Of a DNA stretch of 64,000 nt, positions 1 to 10,262 are shown piece after piece. The stretch is from Flavobacterium sp. Its GTDB lineage: Bacteria > Bacteroidota > Bacteroidia > Flavobacteriales > Flavobacteriaceae. The stretch's first letter is position 1; each line of letters begins with the position of its first letter. The DNA is taken from the NCBI GenBank assembly GCA_052437795.1, contig JBQVPA010000008.1; one strand, written 5' to 3'. A program made the position numbers and the translations under genes. The notes beneath the pieces were generated by a model that ran no database searches, was not told the origin of the DNA, and saw only the letters and a program-made list of their open reading frames with translations.

Positions 1-294
1 ATGGAAAGCCTTTTGCAGCAAATAGTAGAAACAGGCAGTACAATTGCAATTCTTGACATTTCGGGAGTGCCTGCTGTTGATACCCTTGTGGCGCAACACC
101 TTATAAAGACCGTTAGCGCGACACGCCTGCTAGGCGCTGAATGTATCATTAGCGGCATACGTCCGGAAATCGCACAGATCGTTGTACACCTGGGCATCGA
201 CCTTTCTAACATCATTACGAAATCGACACTTGCAAGCGCGCTTCAAACCGCATTTGCAATGCTTCAGATACAAGTCAGCAACAAAAGACAATAA
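1..294 (+). CDS. rsbR: RsbR-like STAS-domain stressosome protein, C-terminal part (gene probably starts before the window)
   Basis: STAS signature AILDISGVPAVDTLVAQHLIKTVSATRLLGAECIISGIRPEIAQ; directly upstream of rsbS-rsbT. Confidence 0.85.
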   Translation: MESLLQQIVETGSTIAILDISGVPAVDTLVAQHLIKTVSATRLLGAECIISGIRPEIAQIVVHLGIDLSNIITKSTLASALQTAFAMLQIQVSNKRQ

Positions 295-312
295 TCCACT
301 TACTGATACATT

Positions 313-711
313 ATGGATAGGATACCTATTTTAAAAATGGGCGATTTTCTGCTGGTAACCATACAAGTGGATCTATACGACCAACTGGCTGAAAACCTGG
401 AGACAGACCTGGTCAACTCAGTGAAAAAATTTGATTCGAAAGGCGTACTGATCGATATTTCATCAGTTGCGATAATCGATTCCTTTATGGGAAGGATATT
501 AGGGAATATCGGCGTTATGTCAAAGATAATGGGTGCTGAAGCAGTTATCGTAGGCATGCAGCCAGCAGTGGCGATTACTTTGGTTGAACTGGGACTCACC
601 CTTACCGGCATTACAACAGCATTGAATGTTGAAAAAGGGATGGAACTTTTGCGTTCTAAAATGGGATTAGGTTACGGCCAAAATAATTATCATGACAACA
701 ATACTGAATAG
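313..711 (+). CDS. rsbS: RsbS STAS-domain stressosome antagonist
   Basis: MDRIPILKMGDFLLVTIQVDLYD...GVLIDISSVAIIDSFMGR...VGMQPAVAITLVELG; IIDS carries the conserved phospho-Ser. Confidence 0.9.
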   Translation: MDRIPILKMGDFLLVTIQVDLYDQLAENLETDLVNSVKKFDSKGVLIDISSVAIIDSFMGRILGNIGVMSKIMGAEAVIVGMQPAVAITLVELGLTLTGITTALNVEKGMELLRSKMGLGYGQNNYHDNNTE

Positions 712-1105
712 GGAAGATCTTGTTGTCGCCAGGGAGCAGGATGTTGTGCCTTTGCGCAATAAAGTAAGAGATGCTGCGGTAAAGGTTGGGATGAGCATAT
801 TAAACCAAACCAAACTGATAACTGCGGCAAGCGAATTGGTAAGGAACCTGCTAAAGTATGGAGGGGGTGGCAGTGTTGCCATTGAGACGGTGAACAATGG
901 GCGCGATAACGGTATCCGGTTGGTATTTGCCGACAAGGGCCCGGGCATTGCTGATATAGAGATGGCAATGAAAGACGGTTACAGCACCGGAAAAAGCCTG
1001 GGGCTAGGGCTTCCGGGGACAAAAAGGCTGGTAAATGTTTTTGATATAAGATCGACGGTGGGCGAAGGCACTACCGTTACAATTATAAAATGGAAGAATG
1101 GATAA
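692..1105 (+). CDS. rsbT: RsbT serine/threonine kinase (anti-sigma-factor-type HATPase)
   Basis: QTKLITAASELVRNLLKYGGGG, DKGPGIADIEMAMKDGYSTGKSLGLGLPGTKRLV. Confidence 0.92.
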   Translation: MTTILNREDLVVAREQDVVPLRNKVRDAAVKVGMSILNQTKLITAASELVRNLLKYGGGGSVAIETVNNGRDNGIRLVFADKGPGIADIEMAMKDGYSTGKSLGLGLPGTKRLVNVFDIRSTVGEGTTVTIIKWKNG

Positions 1106-2114
1106 TGCCGCCTTTACAAGCTATAAGATCGAGGACAAAAGTTATGTTTCATTTATAAAGCGGGAGATCCATAACCTTGCGACAGCTAAGGGATATAGTT
1201 CACAAAAAACGGGTGAGATCGATATTATCATATCTGAACTCACCTCGAACCTGACAAAATTCGTTGGGGAGGGGGAACTTTTATACCGCGCTGCAAGCGA
1301 CAGGAATGGTGATTTTTTTGAGATGTACTGCCTTGATGACGGGCAGGGCATTACGAACCTCAACAGGATGCTGCAGGATGGTGAATCCTCAGCAAAAACG
1401 CTGGGGCAGGGACTTGGAGCGGTACATCGGCTAAGTTCGGAATCTTCTGTATATACACTTAAAGGATGGGGGACGGTAGTATATTCAAAAATTTACAAAG
1501 AAGGACCCAAAATCTCAAAAAATAAGTCTCCTGTTGAAGTTACAGGTATAAAGGTCAACATGCCGGGAGAACTGGTTTGTGGGGACGGATTTTTAGTAAA
1601 GGAAATTTACGGGGGCTATATGTTTTTTTTGTGTGACGGATTAGGCCACGGGGAATATGCCAGCGAAGCAGCAAATGAAGCCATTGATGCATTCAGGATA
1701 TGCAGGGAAAAAAGCCCTGCGGAGTTATTGAAGTTCATACACCTACAGGTAAAAAAAACCAGAGGGCTCGTAGGCACGGTCGCGTTTCTTGACCTGAATG
1801 AAAAAAAGTGGAGGATATGCGGGATAGGTAATATCTCGACATCAGTCATTACAGGCCTTGAAGGGAAAAATTACACGCCTTATAACGGTATCATAGGGAT
1901 GAATATCCCACGTACCTTAAATGATTCTGTAGTAGACCTTCAAAAGTACCAAACCCTGATCATGCATAGCGACGGGCTTAAGAACAGGTGGAATATTAAC
2001 AGCCTGCCGGGACTTATGAAGCATCCCCCGGGTATTATCGCTTCATGCCTGTTTAAGGATAACGCCAGGCGCACAGACGATATGTCTGTTCTTGCGGCTA
2101 AAATAAATATATGA
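1098..2114 (+). CDS. HATPase + PP2C/SpoIIE phosphatase fusion (RsbX-like)
   Basis: N-terminal IIISELTSNL...DDGQGI...TLGQGLGAV; C-terminal PP2C motifs CGDG, CDGLGHG, MHSDGL, RTDDMSV. Confidence 0.82.
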   Translation: MDNAAFTSYKIEDKSYVSFIKREIHNLATAKGYSSQKTGEIDIIISELTSNLTKFVGEGELLYRAASDRNGDFFEMYCLDDGQGITNLNRMLQDGESSAKTLGQGLGAVHRLSSESSVYTLKGWGTVVYSKIYKEGPKISKNKSPVEVTGIKVNMPGELVCGDGFLVKEIYGGYMFFLCDGLGHGEYASEAANEAIDAFRICREKSPAELLKFIHLQVKKTRGLVGTVAFLDLNEKKWRICGIGNISTSVITGLEGKNYTPYNGIIGMNIPRTLNDSVVDLQKYQTLIMHSDGLKNRWNINSLPGLMKHPPGIIASCLFKDNARRTDDMSVLAAKINI

Positions 2115-3715
2115 GTATGAAGGAGATCTTACGCATTCGCCTTGACAATGAGATGGACCTCATACTGGCACACAAACGGACAATGAAGTTGGCGGAACTT
2201 TGCGGATTGTTTTCTTCAGCGCAGACGCGATTTGCAACCGCGGTTTCTGAGATCACGCGATGTTCTATTGCTAATGGGCTTGAGTCAAGCCTGACACTGG
2301 GCATACGCACAGTTCCCGGCGGAAAGAAGGAGATCTCTGCAATTATTTATGACAGGATCGATCTGGCAAAGTGCAATCCTGAAGCTATCGCCTACGCCGA
2401 GCGACTTTCAAAAGGCATTTTAATGGACTTTGAGAGTGATGTCTATTCCATCACATTAAACGCAAAAGTACCCTATTCCGGCATCTTATCAGAAGGCAGG
2501 GCAGAATCATTCATCGATTTTTTTAAGAGGGAAGCGCCGCTGTCCCCCTATGATGAGATCCGCAGAAAGAACATACAGCTTATTGAACTTGCAGATAAGT
2601 TAAGTGAGAGTGAAGGCAGCTACAGGCAGCTTACCGATACGCTGCCGCTAATTGTATTCTCTGTCTCTAAATCAGATAAAATTAGTCTGGTCAACAAGAG
2701 CGCAGAAACTATTCTCGGACCAAGTTACAGGGATCTCTCGCCTGCGGTAATTTCACTCATTATATATAAAGATGATATTGAATATGTGGCAAGGGCCTGG
2801 AGTACCGCAAAGAAAAAATATTCGCTGCAATTATTGCAGGCAAGGGTAGTTATGGATGGCAAGGCTATTTGGCATCAAATATCTTTTGTCCCTAATGCGG
2901 ACGACAAAAATGATATAACCGGCTGGATCGTAACGATGGTTAACATTCATGCGCAAAAACTCGTTGAAGAAACCCTTAAAGATAACAAGGAACTCAAAGA
3001 GGCGCAGGATAAGCTAAGATTATACAATGACGAACTTCAAAAAAAGAATAAAGAACTGGAGCAATTCGCTTATGTGGCAAGCCACGATCTGCAGGAACCA
3101 TTAAGAAAGATCAGGAATTTTATTTCACTGGCCCAAAGGAGCAGGTCGGATAACGAGAAGCAAGACCTTTATTACAGCAAGATCAATTCTTCGGCCGAAA
3201 GGATGTCGCATCTTATCACGGATGTATTGGGGTATTCCAAACTTTCTGTCACCTCAGACGAATTTGCTATGGTTGACCTCAATAGTGTGATAGCTGATGT
3301 GATCGGTGATTTTGAGTTTTTGATCAATGAAAAAAATGCAGAGATATCAGTCGGGGAAATGCCTCAATTATCAGGCAGCCCCGTGCAGCTCAGCCAACTA
3401 TTTTACAACCTTTTAGGCAATTCCCTGAAATTTGCAGATGCAGTTCCCAAGATCAGTATATACAATGAAGTCGTTAGTGCTGAAGGCGGCCAATTCAATA
3501 AGATCACGTTATCGGATAACGGTATCGGCATTTCGTCCCAATACATCGAAAAGATCTTTACAATGTTCAAGCGCCTTCATTCCCAAAATGAGTATCCCGG
3601 TACCGGAATAGGTTTGGCCATCTGTAAGAAAATAGCAGAAAACCACTCCGGCAGGATCGAGATGGAAAGTACGCCGGGCGCTGGGACAACAGTTCATGTG
3701 TACCTTCCGGTCTAA
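2111..3715 (+). CDS. Sensor histidine kinase: RsbT-like N-terminal module, PAS, HisKA, HATPase
   Basis: N-terminal QTRFATAVSEITR; H-box YVASHDLQEPLRKI; N-box NLLGNSLKF; DNGIGI; GTGIGLAICKK. Confidence 0.87.
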   Translation: MSMKEILRIRLDNEMDLILAHKRTMKLAELCGLFSSAQTRFATAVSEITRCSIANGLESSLTLGIRTVPGGKKEISAIIYDRIDLAKCNPEAIAYAERLSKGILMDFESDVYSITLNAKVPYSGILSEGRAESFIDFFKREAPLSPYDEIRRKNIQLIELADKLSESEGSYRQLTDTLPLIVFSVSKSDKISLVNKSAETILGPSYRDLSPAVISLIIYKDDIEYVARAWSTAKKKYSLQLLQARVVMDGKAIWHQISFVPNADDKNDITGWIVTMVNIHAQKLVEETLKDNKELKEAQDKLRLYNDELQKKNKELEQFAYVASHDLQEPLRKIRNFISLAQRSRSDNEKQDLYYSKINSSAERMSHLITDVLGYSKLSVTSDEFAMVDLNSVIADVIGDFEFLINEKNAEISVGEMPQLSGSPVQLSQLFYNLLGNSLKFADAVPKISIYNEVVSAEGGQFNKITLSDNGIGISSQYIEKIFTMFKRLHSQNEYPGTGIGLAICKKIAENHSGRIEMESTPGAGTTVHVYLPV

Positions 3716-3720
3716 CAGGT

Positions 3721-6261
3721 TTAAATTTCCCCTTTAAAATGGCGCTTTAAATAAAGTGCTGTCCGGCTTTCCGGACTTTTTGCTATTTGCGCAGGGATTC
3801 CTTGTGCAACGATCTTCCCACCCTTATTGCCAGCGCCGGGCCCAATATCGATAACCCAGTCACTTTGTACGATCACATCCATGTCGTGTTCTACCACGAT
3901 CACAGTATTGCCGGCATCGACCAGTCCCTTTAGCTGTACCATGAGCTTTTCTACGTCAGACGGGTGCAGCCCTGTTGTGGGCTCGTCCATTATGTACAAG
4001 GCATTACCCTGTTGCGCCCGCTGAAGTTCGGTTGCCAGTTTTATGCGCTGCGCTTCGCCACCGGAGAGTTCTGTAGCGGGCTGGCCCAGCCGCAGGTATC
4101 CCAAACCTACCTGCCGAACGACATCGAGGGCATGTGCGACAGGTCTCTCGTTATGAAAGAAGTCATACGCCTCATTTACGGTCATCCCCAATACTTGGGC
4201 TATGTTCCTGCCTTCATATTCCACCTCAAGGGTCTGCGCATTGTATCGTGTACCATGGCAGGTAGGGCAGGGCGAGTAGACACTGGGCAGGAAGAGCAGC
4301 TCGACCATCACGAAGCCTTCTCCCTGGCAATGGGGGCAACGGCCTTTTGCGACATTGAATGAAAATCTCCCGGCATCGTATTTCCTTGATCGTGCCAGTT
4401 TTGTCGCTGCGAATAATTTCCGGATATTGTCAAAAAGGCCAGTATAGGTGGCAAGGTTCGATCTGGGTGTCCTGCCGATCGGTTTTTGGTCGACCACCAC
4501 AAGCCGTTTTATATCTTCAAGGCCTTCTGTAATAGTCCCTCCAAGAGTTTCGATATTTGCCTGCTCTAAAGGGTTTTCATCGGTTTCGGCAGTAGTATCT
4601 ATCGATGCGCCAAGGTGGTTTGCGACCAGTTCGACAAGCACCTGGCTTACCAGTGTGCTTTTCCCGGAACCCGATACCCCTGTAACGCTTGTGAACACGC
4701 CCAAAGGAAGATCTACCGACAAGTCGCTTAGATTATTTTTGGTTACGCCCGTTAATTTAAGCCATCCCTTTGGAACCCTTGTAGCCTTGCCCGCCACTTT
4801 CCTGTCACCGAAAATATAGTGGCGCGTTATCGATCCCTCCACTTTTTTAAGGCCGTCGGGCGGACCGCTATACAGCACCTGCCCTCCCGATTCCCCGGCC
4901 GCAGGGCCAACGTCGACTATCCAGTCGGCATGCCGGATCACATCGATCTCATGCTCAACGACAAACAATGAATTGCCGGATGCCTTAAGCCTGTCCAGCG
5001 ACCGTAATAATGCCTCGGTATCCGCGGGGTGCAGCCCCGCGGATGGCTCGTCCAGGACATACACCACACCGAACAGGTTCGAACGTACCTGGGTAGCAAG
5101 CCGGAGCCGCTGCAATTCGCCCGGCGAAAGGGTAGGGGTGCTGCGTTCGAGGGTAAGATAGCCAAGGCCAAGGTCCAGGATCACGTTCAGCCTGGCCAGC
5201 AGGTCTTCGGCAATGCGATAGGCTACCAGTGTTTTTTCGGGGTGATCCTTATCGGCTTTTGCCAATTGTTCGGACAGGGGTTTTGCGAATGCTGCGAATA
5301 TTCCTGCCATATCCTCTAAAGGCACCCGGCTCATTTCGGCAATATCTAATCCCGCAAAGGTCACCGACAACGATCCTTTACGCAGCCGCTTTCCATTGCA
5401 TAGCGGACATTCGCTGCTTATCATGTATTGGGATACCCGTTTCTTCATAAGCGCGCTCTGCGTATTGGAGAACGTATGCATTACATAGCGCCTTACCCCC
5501 GTGAACGTGCCCATATAATCAGGCGGCATTTTTTTCTTTACTGCCTCCCTTGTCTGTTCCGGGCTGAGTCCCGGGTACACAGGCACTACCGGCTGCTCGT
5601 CGGTAAATAGTATCCAGTCACGGGTCTCTTTGGGCAGATCTTTCCACGGAATATCGACATCGTGGCCCAGGGTTACCAGTATATCCCGCTGGTTTTGCCC
5701 CTGCCAGGCCAGCGGCCATGCAGCAACAGCGCGTTCCCTTATTGTAAGCGAGTCATCGGGTACCATAGATCTCTCGGTCACTTCGTATACTTTGCCCAGG
5801 CCATGGCACTGCGGACAGGCACCTTCGGGCGTGTTGGAAGAGAAGGCTTCAGCATATATTATCGATTGGCCGGGGGGATAATCGCCGGCCCGGGAGTATA
5901 GCATCCTGAGCAGGTTGGACAACGTGGTAACACTGCCTACAGAAGACCGTGTACTCACAGCGCCGCGTTGCTGCTGCAGGGCTACCGCCGGGGGCAGCCC
6001 CTCGATCGAGTCGACCTCAGGTATGGCCATTTGGTTGAACAGCCTCCGGGCGTATGGCGATACCGAATCCAGGTACCTGCGTTGCGCTTCGGCATATAAC
6101 GTACCAAAGGCAAGGGAGGATTTTCCGGAACCGGAAACTCCAGTAAATACCACAAGCGCGTCGCGTGGTATGTCCACATTGATATCCTTGAGGTTATGCT
6201 CGCGTGCGCCATTTACTGTTACAAACCCTGTGAATTCTTTCTTGTTCTTTTCCTTTGTCAT
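3721..6261 (-). CDS. uvrA: UvrA-family ABC ATPase, class II (UvrA2/DrrC-like, appears to lack the UvrB-binding domain)
   Basis: GAREHNLK, two Walker A motifs GVSGSGKS, signatures LSPGELQR and LSGGEAQR, CxxC zinc modules; short segment between SRAG and the first zinc finger; 846 aa. Confidence 0.88.
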   Translation of the reverse strand: MTKEKNKKEFTGFVTVNGAREHNLKDINVDIPRDALVVFTGVSGSGKSSLAFGTLYAEAQRRYLDSVSPYARRLFNQMAIPEVDSIEGLPPAVALQQQRGAVSTRSSVGSVTTLSNLLRMLYSRAGDYPPGQSIIYAEAFSSNTPEGACPQCHGLGKVYEVTERSMVPDDSLTIRERAVAAWPLAWQGQNQRDILVTLGHDVDIPWKDLPKETRDWILFTDEQPVVPVYPGLSPEQTREAVKKKMPPDYMGTFTGVRRYVMHTFSNTQSALMKKRVSQYMISSECPLCNGKRLRKGSLSVTFAGLDIAEMSRVPLEDMAGIFAAFAKPLSEQLAKADKDHPEKTLVAYRIAEDLLARLNVILDLGLGYLTLERSTPTLSPGELQRLRLATQVRSNLFGVVYVLDEPSAGLHPADTEALLRSLDRLKASGNSLFVVEHEIDVIRHADWIVDVGPAAGESGGQVLYSGPPDGLKKVEGSITRHYIFGDRKVAGKATRVPKGWLKLTGVTKNNLSDLSVDLPLGVFTSVTGVSGSGKSTLVSQVLVELVANHLGASIDTTAETDENPLEQANIETLGGTITEGLEDIKRLVVVDQKPIGRTPRSNLATYTGLFDNIRKLFAATKLARSRKYDAGRFSFNVAKGRCPHCQGEGFVMVELLFLPSVYSPCPTCHGTRYNAQTLEVEYEGRNIAQVLGMTVNEAYDFFHNERPVAHALDVVRQVGLGYLRLGQPATELSGGEAQRIKLATELQRAQQGNALYIMDEPTTGLHPSDVEKLMVQLKGLVDAGNTVIVVEHDMDVIVQSDWVIDIGPGAGNKGGKIVAQGIPAQIAKSPESRTALYLKRHFKGEI

Positions 6262-6420
6262 TGGATAATTTTAGTAATGAGGGGCATTTTTAAACGTACT
6301 GTTCCTCCAATGCTTGCACTGCCACCGGCGGTACTGATATGAATTTGGGCAACCCGGTCACAAAACGATATAAGCGTAGCCGGTAAGCGATCTGGGGCTG
6401 TGGAACCTACTATGCCGGAA

Positions 6421-9400
6421 TCATACTATCGGCAGGAACAGATTAAACGCGGCCCCTTTGCCGGGTACTCCTTCCGCGGTTATAAAGCCATTATGCTTGA
6501 AGGCGATCTTGCTGCAGATAGCCAGTCCGATCCCCGTCCCTTCGAATTTATCCTTACCGTGCAGGCGCTGGAAAGGCTCAAAAATACGTTGTGACTGATC
6601 CTGTGCGAAACCTATACCGTTATCTGTAATACTGATCTTATGATAGCGGGTTTCCGGATCTCCCTCAATATTGCCCTTTTCTGCAATGGCTGCAGTGATC
6701 TTTATAATGGGTGCCTTTTCCGGCGACCGGTATTTTAGTGCATTGCTGACAAGGTTTACAAGCAGCTGTCGCATCAGTAGTGGGTGTGCCGAGATCATGG
6801 GCAGCTTTGCAACTGTAACCGTGGCTTCTGTTGATCGTATCGATTCTGAAAGTTCCTCTGTAACCTCATTAACAAGCGACTCCAGATCAGTATTCTCAAA
6901 ATCTTTTACATCAAGGTTATTCAGGTGCGAATAATTAAGCAGGTCGTCCGTAAGCTGTTGCATCCTGCGTACCGAAACCATGATCCTCTCCAGGTAGGTA
7001 GCAGCTTCTTCAGAGATCGTAGAGCTGCTGTCCTTTAGTATCATCTTCCCGAAGGTATGTATCTTGCGCAGTGGTTCCTGCAGGTCATGGCTGGCGATAT
7101 AATTAAACGTGGTCAATTCCCTGTTGCTCTCGATCAGCTCGCGGTTGTTGTGCTGCAGGGTGATATTTGCAGCCCTTATCTCAGTAATATCCTCTATCGC
7201 CAAAAGCAGCAAAGGTTCGCCAAGTACATCGCTGAGTATCGGCCTTATGTTAAGCAGCATGACCCTTTCCTCTTTGTTGGAAAGGCGCATCTTAAGTTCC
7301 AGCCCCTCTATGGTTACCTTATCCTGCAGTGCCCTCGCAAGCTCTCCTTTTAGATCACCGATATGCCATTGCACATTTTTAAGGTCAAAGATCATCTTGC
7401 CATCGGTGTCCTGCTCATTGGTTTGCAGGTATTTGTAAAAAGCCGCGTTCGCGCTCTTAATGCTGAATTCCTTATTGAGTATCACCAGCGGCTCCCGTAT
7501 GGTCTGTATGATCGCTTCGGCATACAGCCTTGCCGTAGTTAGCTGTTCCTGCCTGTCAATGAGCTCATCATTTATGGTAGTGAGCTCTTCATTGTTGGAG
7601 CGTAATTCTTCTGTTGAAGTCTCAAGTTCCTCATTGAGCGTCTGCAATTCTTCGCTGTTGCTAAGCAGTTCCTCATTGGCGCTTTGCAGTTCTTCGTTGG
7701 CCACTTCCTGCTCCTCGCTCACCTTGCGTATGTCGTGGCGCATCTGCTCGATCTCTGCCTCAAGTTGCTTTATCCTTTCTGACTCCGCGTTTTTGCGTTT
7801 TAAGATAGCCATACCTTCATCTGCTACTAATGGCAGCTTGTGGAATAATATCAGTATATGGCCTTCTTCATTCGCGTTTTCCAACGGAATGACTTCAAGG
7901 CTCACCAGAAAATTCTCTCCTCTTAGAGCCAGTTGCTCCTTCAGTACCGGTTCATTGTCAGTCTTTACCTTTAGCAGGGCAGCACGAAGCTCGAACACGA
8001 GGTCCGGCCGTAGCATTTTGAATATATTAAAATTAGGCTTTCCGGGAGGCTGCGACAGGAACTGGCCCGTCTCTCCATGAAAGTGGATGATCTCTCTTGT
8101 GTTATTTATAATTACGCCTGCGGGAGTATATTTAGTAAATAGCAGCTCATTAGCCTTTCTTTGGAAATCAGGTTCATAAGGTTTCTTCCGGGGCTCGCTT
8201 TGCCTTTCGGTCTGCTCATTTTCAAAACGCTTATAGGGTGCAGGCACAAAGCTTTCCGATGCATTTTTTCGGGCATATATCTTTTGCCCCTTTAATAATG
8301 GCTCGAAAAGGTTAGATGACGTGCCCGCTGTTTCCGACTTTCCTAAGAACAATACGCCATTTGGCCTTAGTGAATAATGGAATGTGCTGAAGGTCTTTTT
8401 TTGCAGGAACGGGTCAAGATAGATCAGCACGTTCCTGCAGCTGATGATATCCATTTTTGCGAATGGAGGGTCTTTGGTAAAGTTATGTACGGCAAAAATG
8501 CACATGTCCCGTATCTCCTTTTTGATATGGTAGGCGCTCTCGATCTTCGTGAAATAGTTAGTAAGCCTTTCTTCTGGGATATTAAGGATCTCCTGCCTGC
8601 TGTAAATGCCTGTCCTTGCTTTAGAAATGACATTTTCAGAAATATCGGTGGCAAATATCTGTACTTTATAATCCTGTATGCGCTCGCCCAGGAATTCATG
8701 AAGGCTTATCGCCATCGAGTAGGCTTCCTCTCCTGTAGAGCATCCTGCGATCCAGACCCTGATGGTCTCGCCGGCCCTCTTATCTTCGATCACCCGGGGA
8801 AAGGCATTTTCGCACAGCATGCTGAATATCTTGCTGTCCCGGAAAAAGTAGCTTACGGGAATAAGGATATCATTAAAAAGCGACAGCTGCTCCTGTTTGT
8901 TCGTGCGCAGGTAGTCGAGGTAGGCTTCGGTATCCTCGCGTTTTGTCATCACCATCCTGCGCGCGATCCTCCGGCGTATCGTGGCCTGCTTATAATGTGT
9001 AAAATCGTTGCCTGTTTTCAGTTTCAGCAGCCTGAGGATGCTTTTGTAAAATTCATCATCTTTAGACGAGAGTATATCATCATCTGCGTAGGCATTACTG
9101 CTTTCATAGGCGGTGTCGAGGTCATGCAGCTTTTGGGGTATCTCTTCAACTTCCAGTATAAAGTCGGCCGCACCTGCCCGTATCGCGCTAAGCGGCATGC
9201 CGTCGTGGGCGGCCGATTCAGGGTTTTGCACAAAAGTAGAGCCCCCCATTTCTTTAATGGTCTTCAGTCCGAGGGTGCCGTCATATCCGGTGCCTGAAAG
9301 TATCACGCCGCGTGCGAATCCCTGGTGTACTTCAGCAAGTGAGTTAAAGAACTGGTCGATCACAAGGTTCAGCTTTTTTCCTGTATCGCGTGGATCAAGC

Positions 9401-9705
9401 TTAAGCTTTCCGTCGTATACGGTAAGCATCTTATTCTCCGGGATAATGTAGATATGGTTGGGCGCGATGTTGATGTCGTCCGTGATCTCATGTACCGGAA
9501 GCTCAGTTTCACCAGCCAGTAATTCTGTCAGGATGCTTTCATGTGCCGGGGCCAGGTGCTGTACCAATACGTAGGCCATGCCGGAATTTGGCGGGATGTT
9601 GCGCAAAAATTTCCGGAAAGCGTCGAGCCCCCCTGCAGATGCACCGATACCCACCACGGGAAAATTTATAGAATGATGTTCGGGTAATGCTTTTGTTGAA
9701 CCCAT
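6421..9705 (-). CDS. CheB methylesterase-CheR methyltransferase-coiled coil-PAS-histidine kinase fusion
   Basis: VGIGASAGGL, VQHL and LSGTGYDG (CheB); FFRD, WIAGCSTGEEAYS and SCRNVLIY (CheR); YIASHDLQEPLRKI and GTGIGLAIC (kinase). Confidence 0.9.
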   Translation of the reverse strand: MGSTKALPEHHSINFPVVGIGASAGGLDAFRKFLRNIPPNSGMAYVLVQHLAPAHESILTELLAGETELPVHEITDDINIAPNHIYIIPENKMLTVYDGKLKLDPRDTGKKLNLVIDQFFNSLAEVHQGFARGVILSGTGYDGTLGLKTIKEMGGSTFVQNPESAAHDGMPLSAIRAGAADFILEVEEIPQKLHDLDTAYESSNAYADDDILSSKDDEFYKSILRLLKLKTGNDFTHYKQATIRRRIARRMVMTKREDTEAYLDYLRTNKQEQLSLFNDILIPVSYFFRDSKIFSMLCENAFPRVIEDKRAGETIRVWIAGCSTGEEAYSMAISLHEFLGERIQDYKVQIFATDISENVISKARTGIYSRQEILNIPEERLTNYFTKIESAYHIKKEIRDMCIFAVHNFTKDPPFAKMDIISCRNVLIYLDPFLQKKTFSTFHYSLRPNGVLFLGKSETAGTSSNLFEPLLKGQKIYARKNASESFVPAPYKRFENEQTERQSEPRKKPYEPDFQRKANELLFTKYTPAGVIINNTREIIHFHGETGQFLSQPPGKPNFNIFKMLRPDLVFELRAALLKVKTDNEPVLKEQLALRGENFLVSLEVIPLENANEEGHILILFHKLPLVADEGMAILKRKNAESERIKQLEAEIEQMRHDIRKVSEEQEVANEELQSANEELLSNSEELQTLNEELETSTEELRSNNEELTTINDELIDRQEQLTTARLYAEAIIQTIREPLVILNKEFSIKSANAAFYKYLQTNEQDTDGKMIFDLKNVQWHIGDLKGELARALQDKVTIEGLELKMRLSNKEERVMLLNIRPILSDVLGEPLLLLAIEDITEIRAANITLQHNNRELIESNRELTTFNYIASHDLQEPLRKIHTFGKMILKDSSSTISEEAATYLERIMVSVRRMQQLTDDLLNYSHLNNLDVKDFENTDLESLVNEVTEELSESIRSTEATVTVAKLPMISAHPLLMRQLLVNLVSNALKYRSPEKAPIIKITAAIAEKGNIEGDPETRYHKISITDNGIGFAQDQSQRIFEPFQRLHGKDKFEGTGIGLAICSKIAFKHNGFITAEGVPGKGAAFNLFLPIV

Positions 9706-9752
9706 AAGGAATTATAGTGATGTGATATTCTGCAGCGTTAGTCAACTGCCTG

Positions 9753-10178
9753 CTACTGCGTATTCGGGTGTTTGGCCATGCTCCAATAGTCAAAAATGAC
9801 CCTGAAGGTATTTTTAACCGTTTCGTAGTCACTGCCTTTCCTGAAAAATCCCTGAACGGTCATTTCGGTAAATGCCTCATTGACATCCTTCTGGTTGGCC
9901 ATGGTGGAGTAAAATACAAAGGGTATGCTTTTTCTACGAAGCTTTGGGTCGCTGTCTATCAGTTTTTTAAATTCCAGCCCGTTGTTACCCGGCAACTTTA
10001 CATCTGAAAATATAATATAAATAGACTTTGCGGTGGTGCTAAGGTATTCAAGGCCCTGTTCGGTCGTTTCAAACCATTGTACCGGATTTTTTATCCCGAG
10101 CTCATCAAAAATGGAAGTGAGCAAATGCCTGTCGTCGGCATCATCCTCAATGATAATTATTTCCCCTGTTTTAGACAT
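9753..10178 (-). CDS. Single-domain response regulator (CheY/Rcp1-like)
   Basis: IIIIEDDADD, FSDVKLPGNNGLE, FYST, FFRKG; start moved to MSKTGE because the longer ORF overlaps a promoter box. Confidence 0.85.
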   Translation of the reverse strand: MSKTGEIIIIEDDADDRHLLTSIFDELGIKNPVQWFETTEQGLEYLSTTAKSIYIIFSDVKLPGNNGLEFKKLIDSDPKLRRKSIPFVFYSTMANQKDVNEAFTEMTVQGFFRKGSDYETVKNTFRVIFDYWSMAKHPNTQ

Positions 10179-10205
10179 AATATAAAGTATAGGATCGATG
10201 AATAA

Positions 10206-10246
10206 CAAATATACCTAATGTATGTCGCATTTCCTTACACAATTTT
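10206..10246 (-). promoter_or_regulatory. Promoter with TGTAA box (AAAATTGTGTAA) and -7 element TATATTTG
   Basis: Box at 10235-10246 (minus), 21 nt gap, then TATATTTG at 10206-10213, which matches the Bacteroidota TAnnTTTG consensus. Confidence 0.6.
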
Positions 10247-10262
10247 GCATAAGTGTACTAAA

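Noticed and set aside
7460-9297. Long antisense ORFs (206 and 306 aa) and similar shadow ORFs over ligD, cusA and susD
   Set aside because: Opposite-strand shadows of well-supported genes with no recognisable motifs
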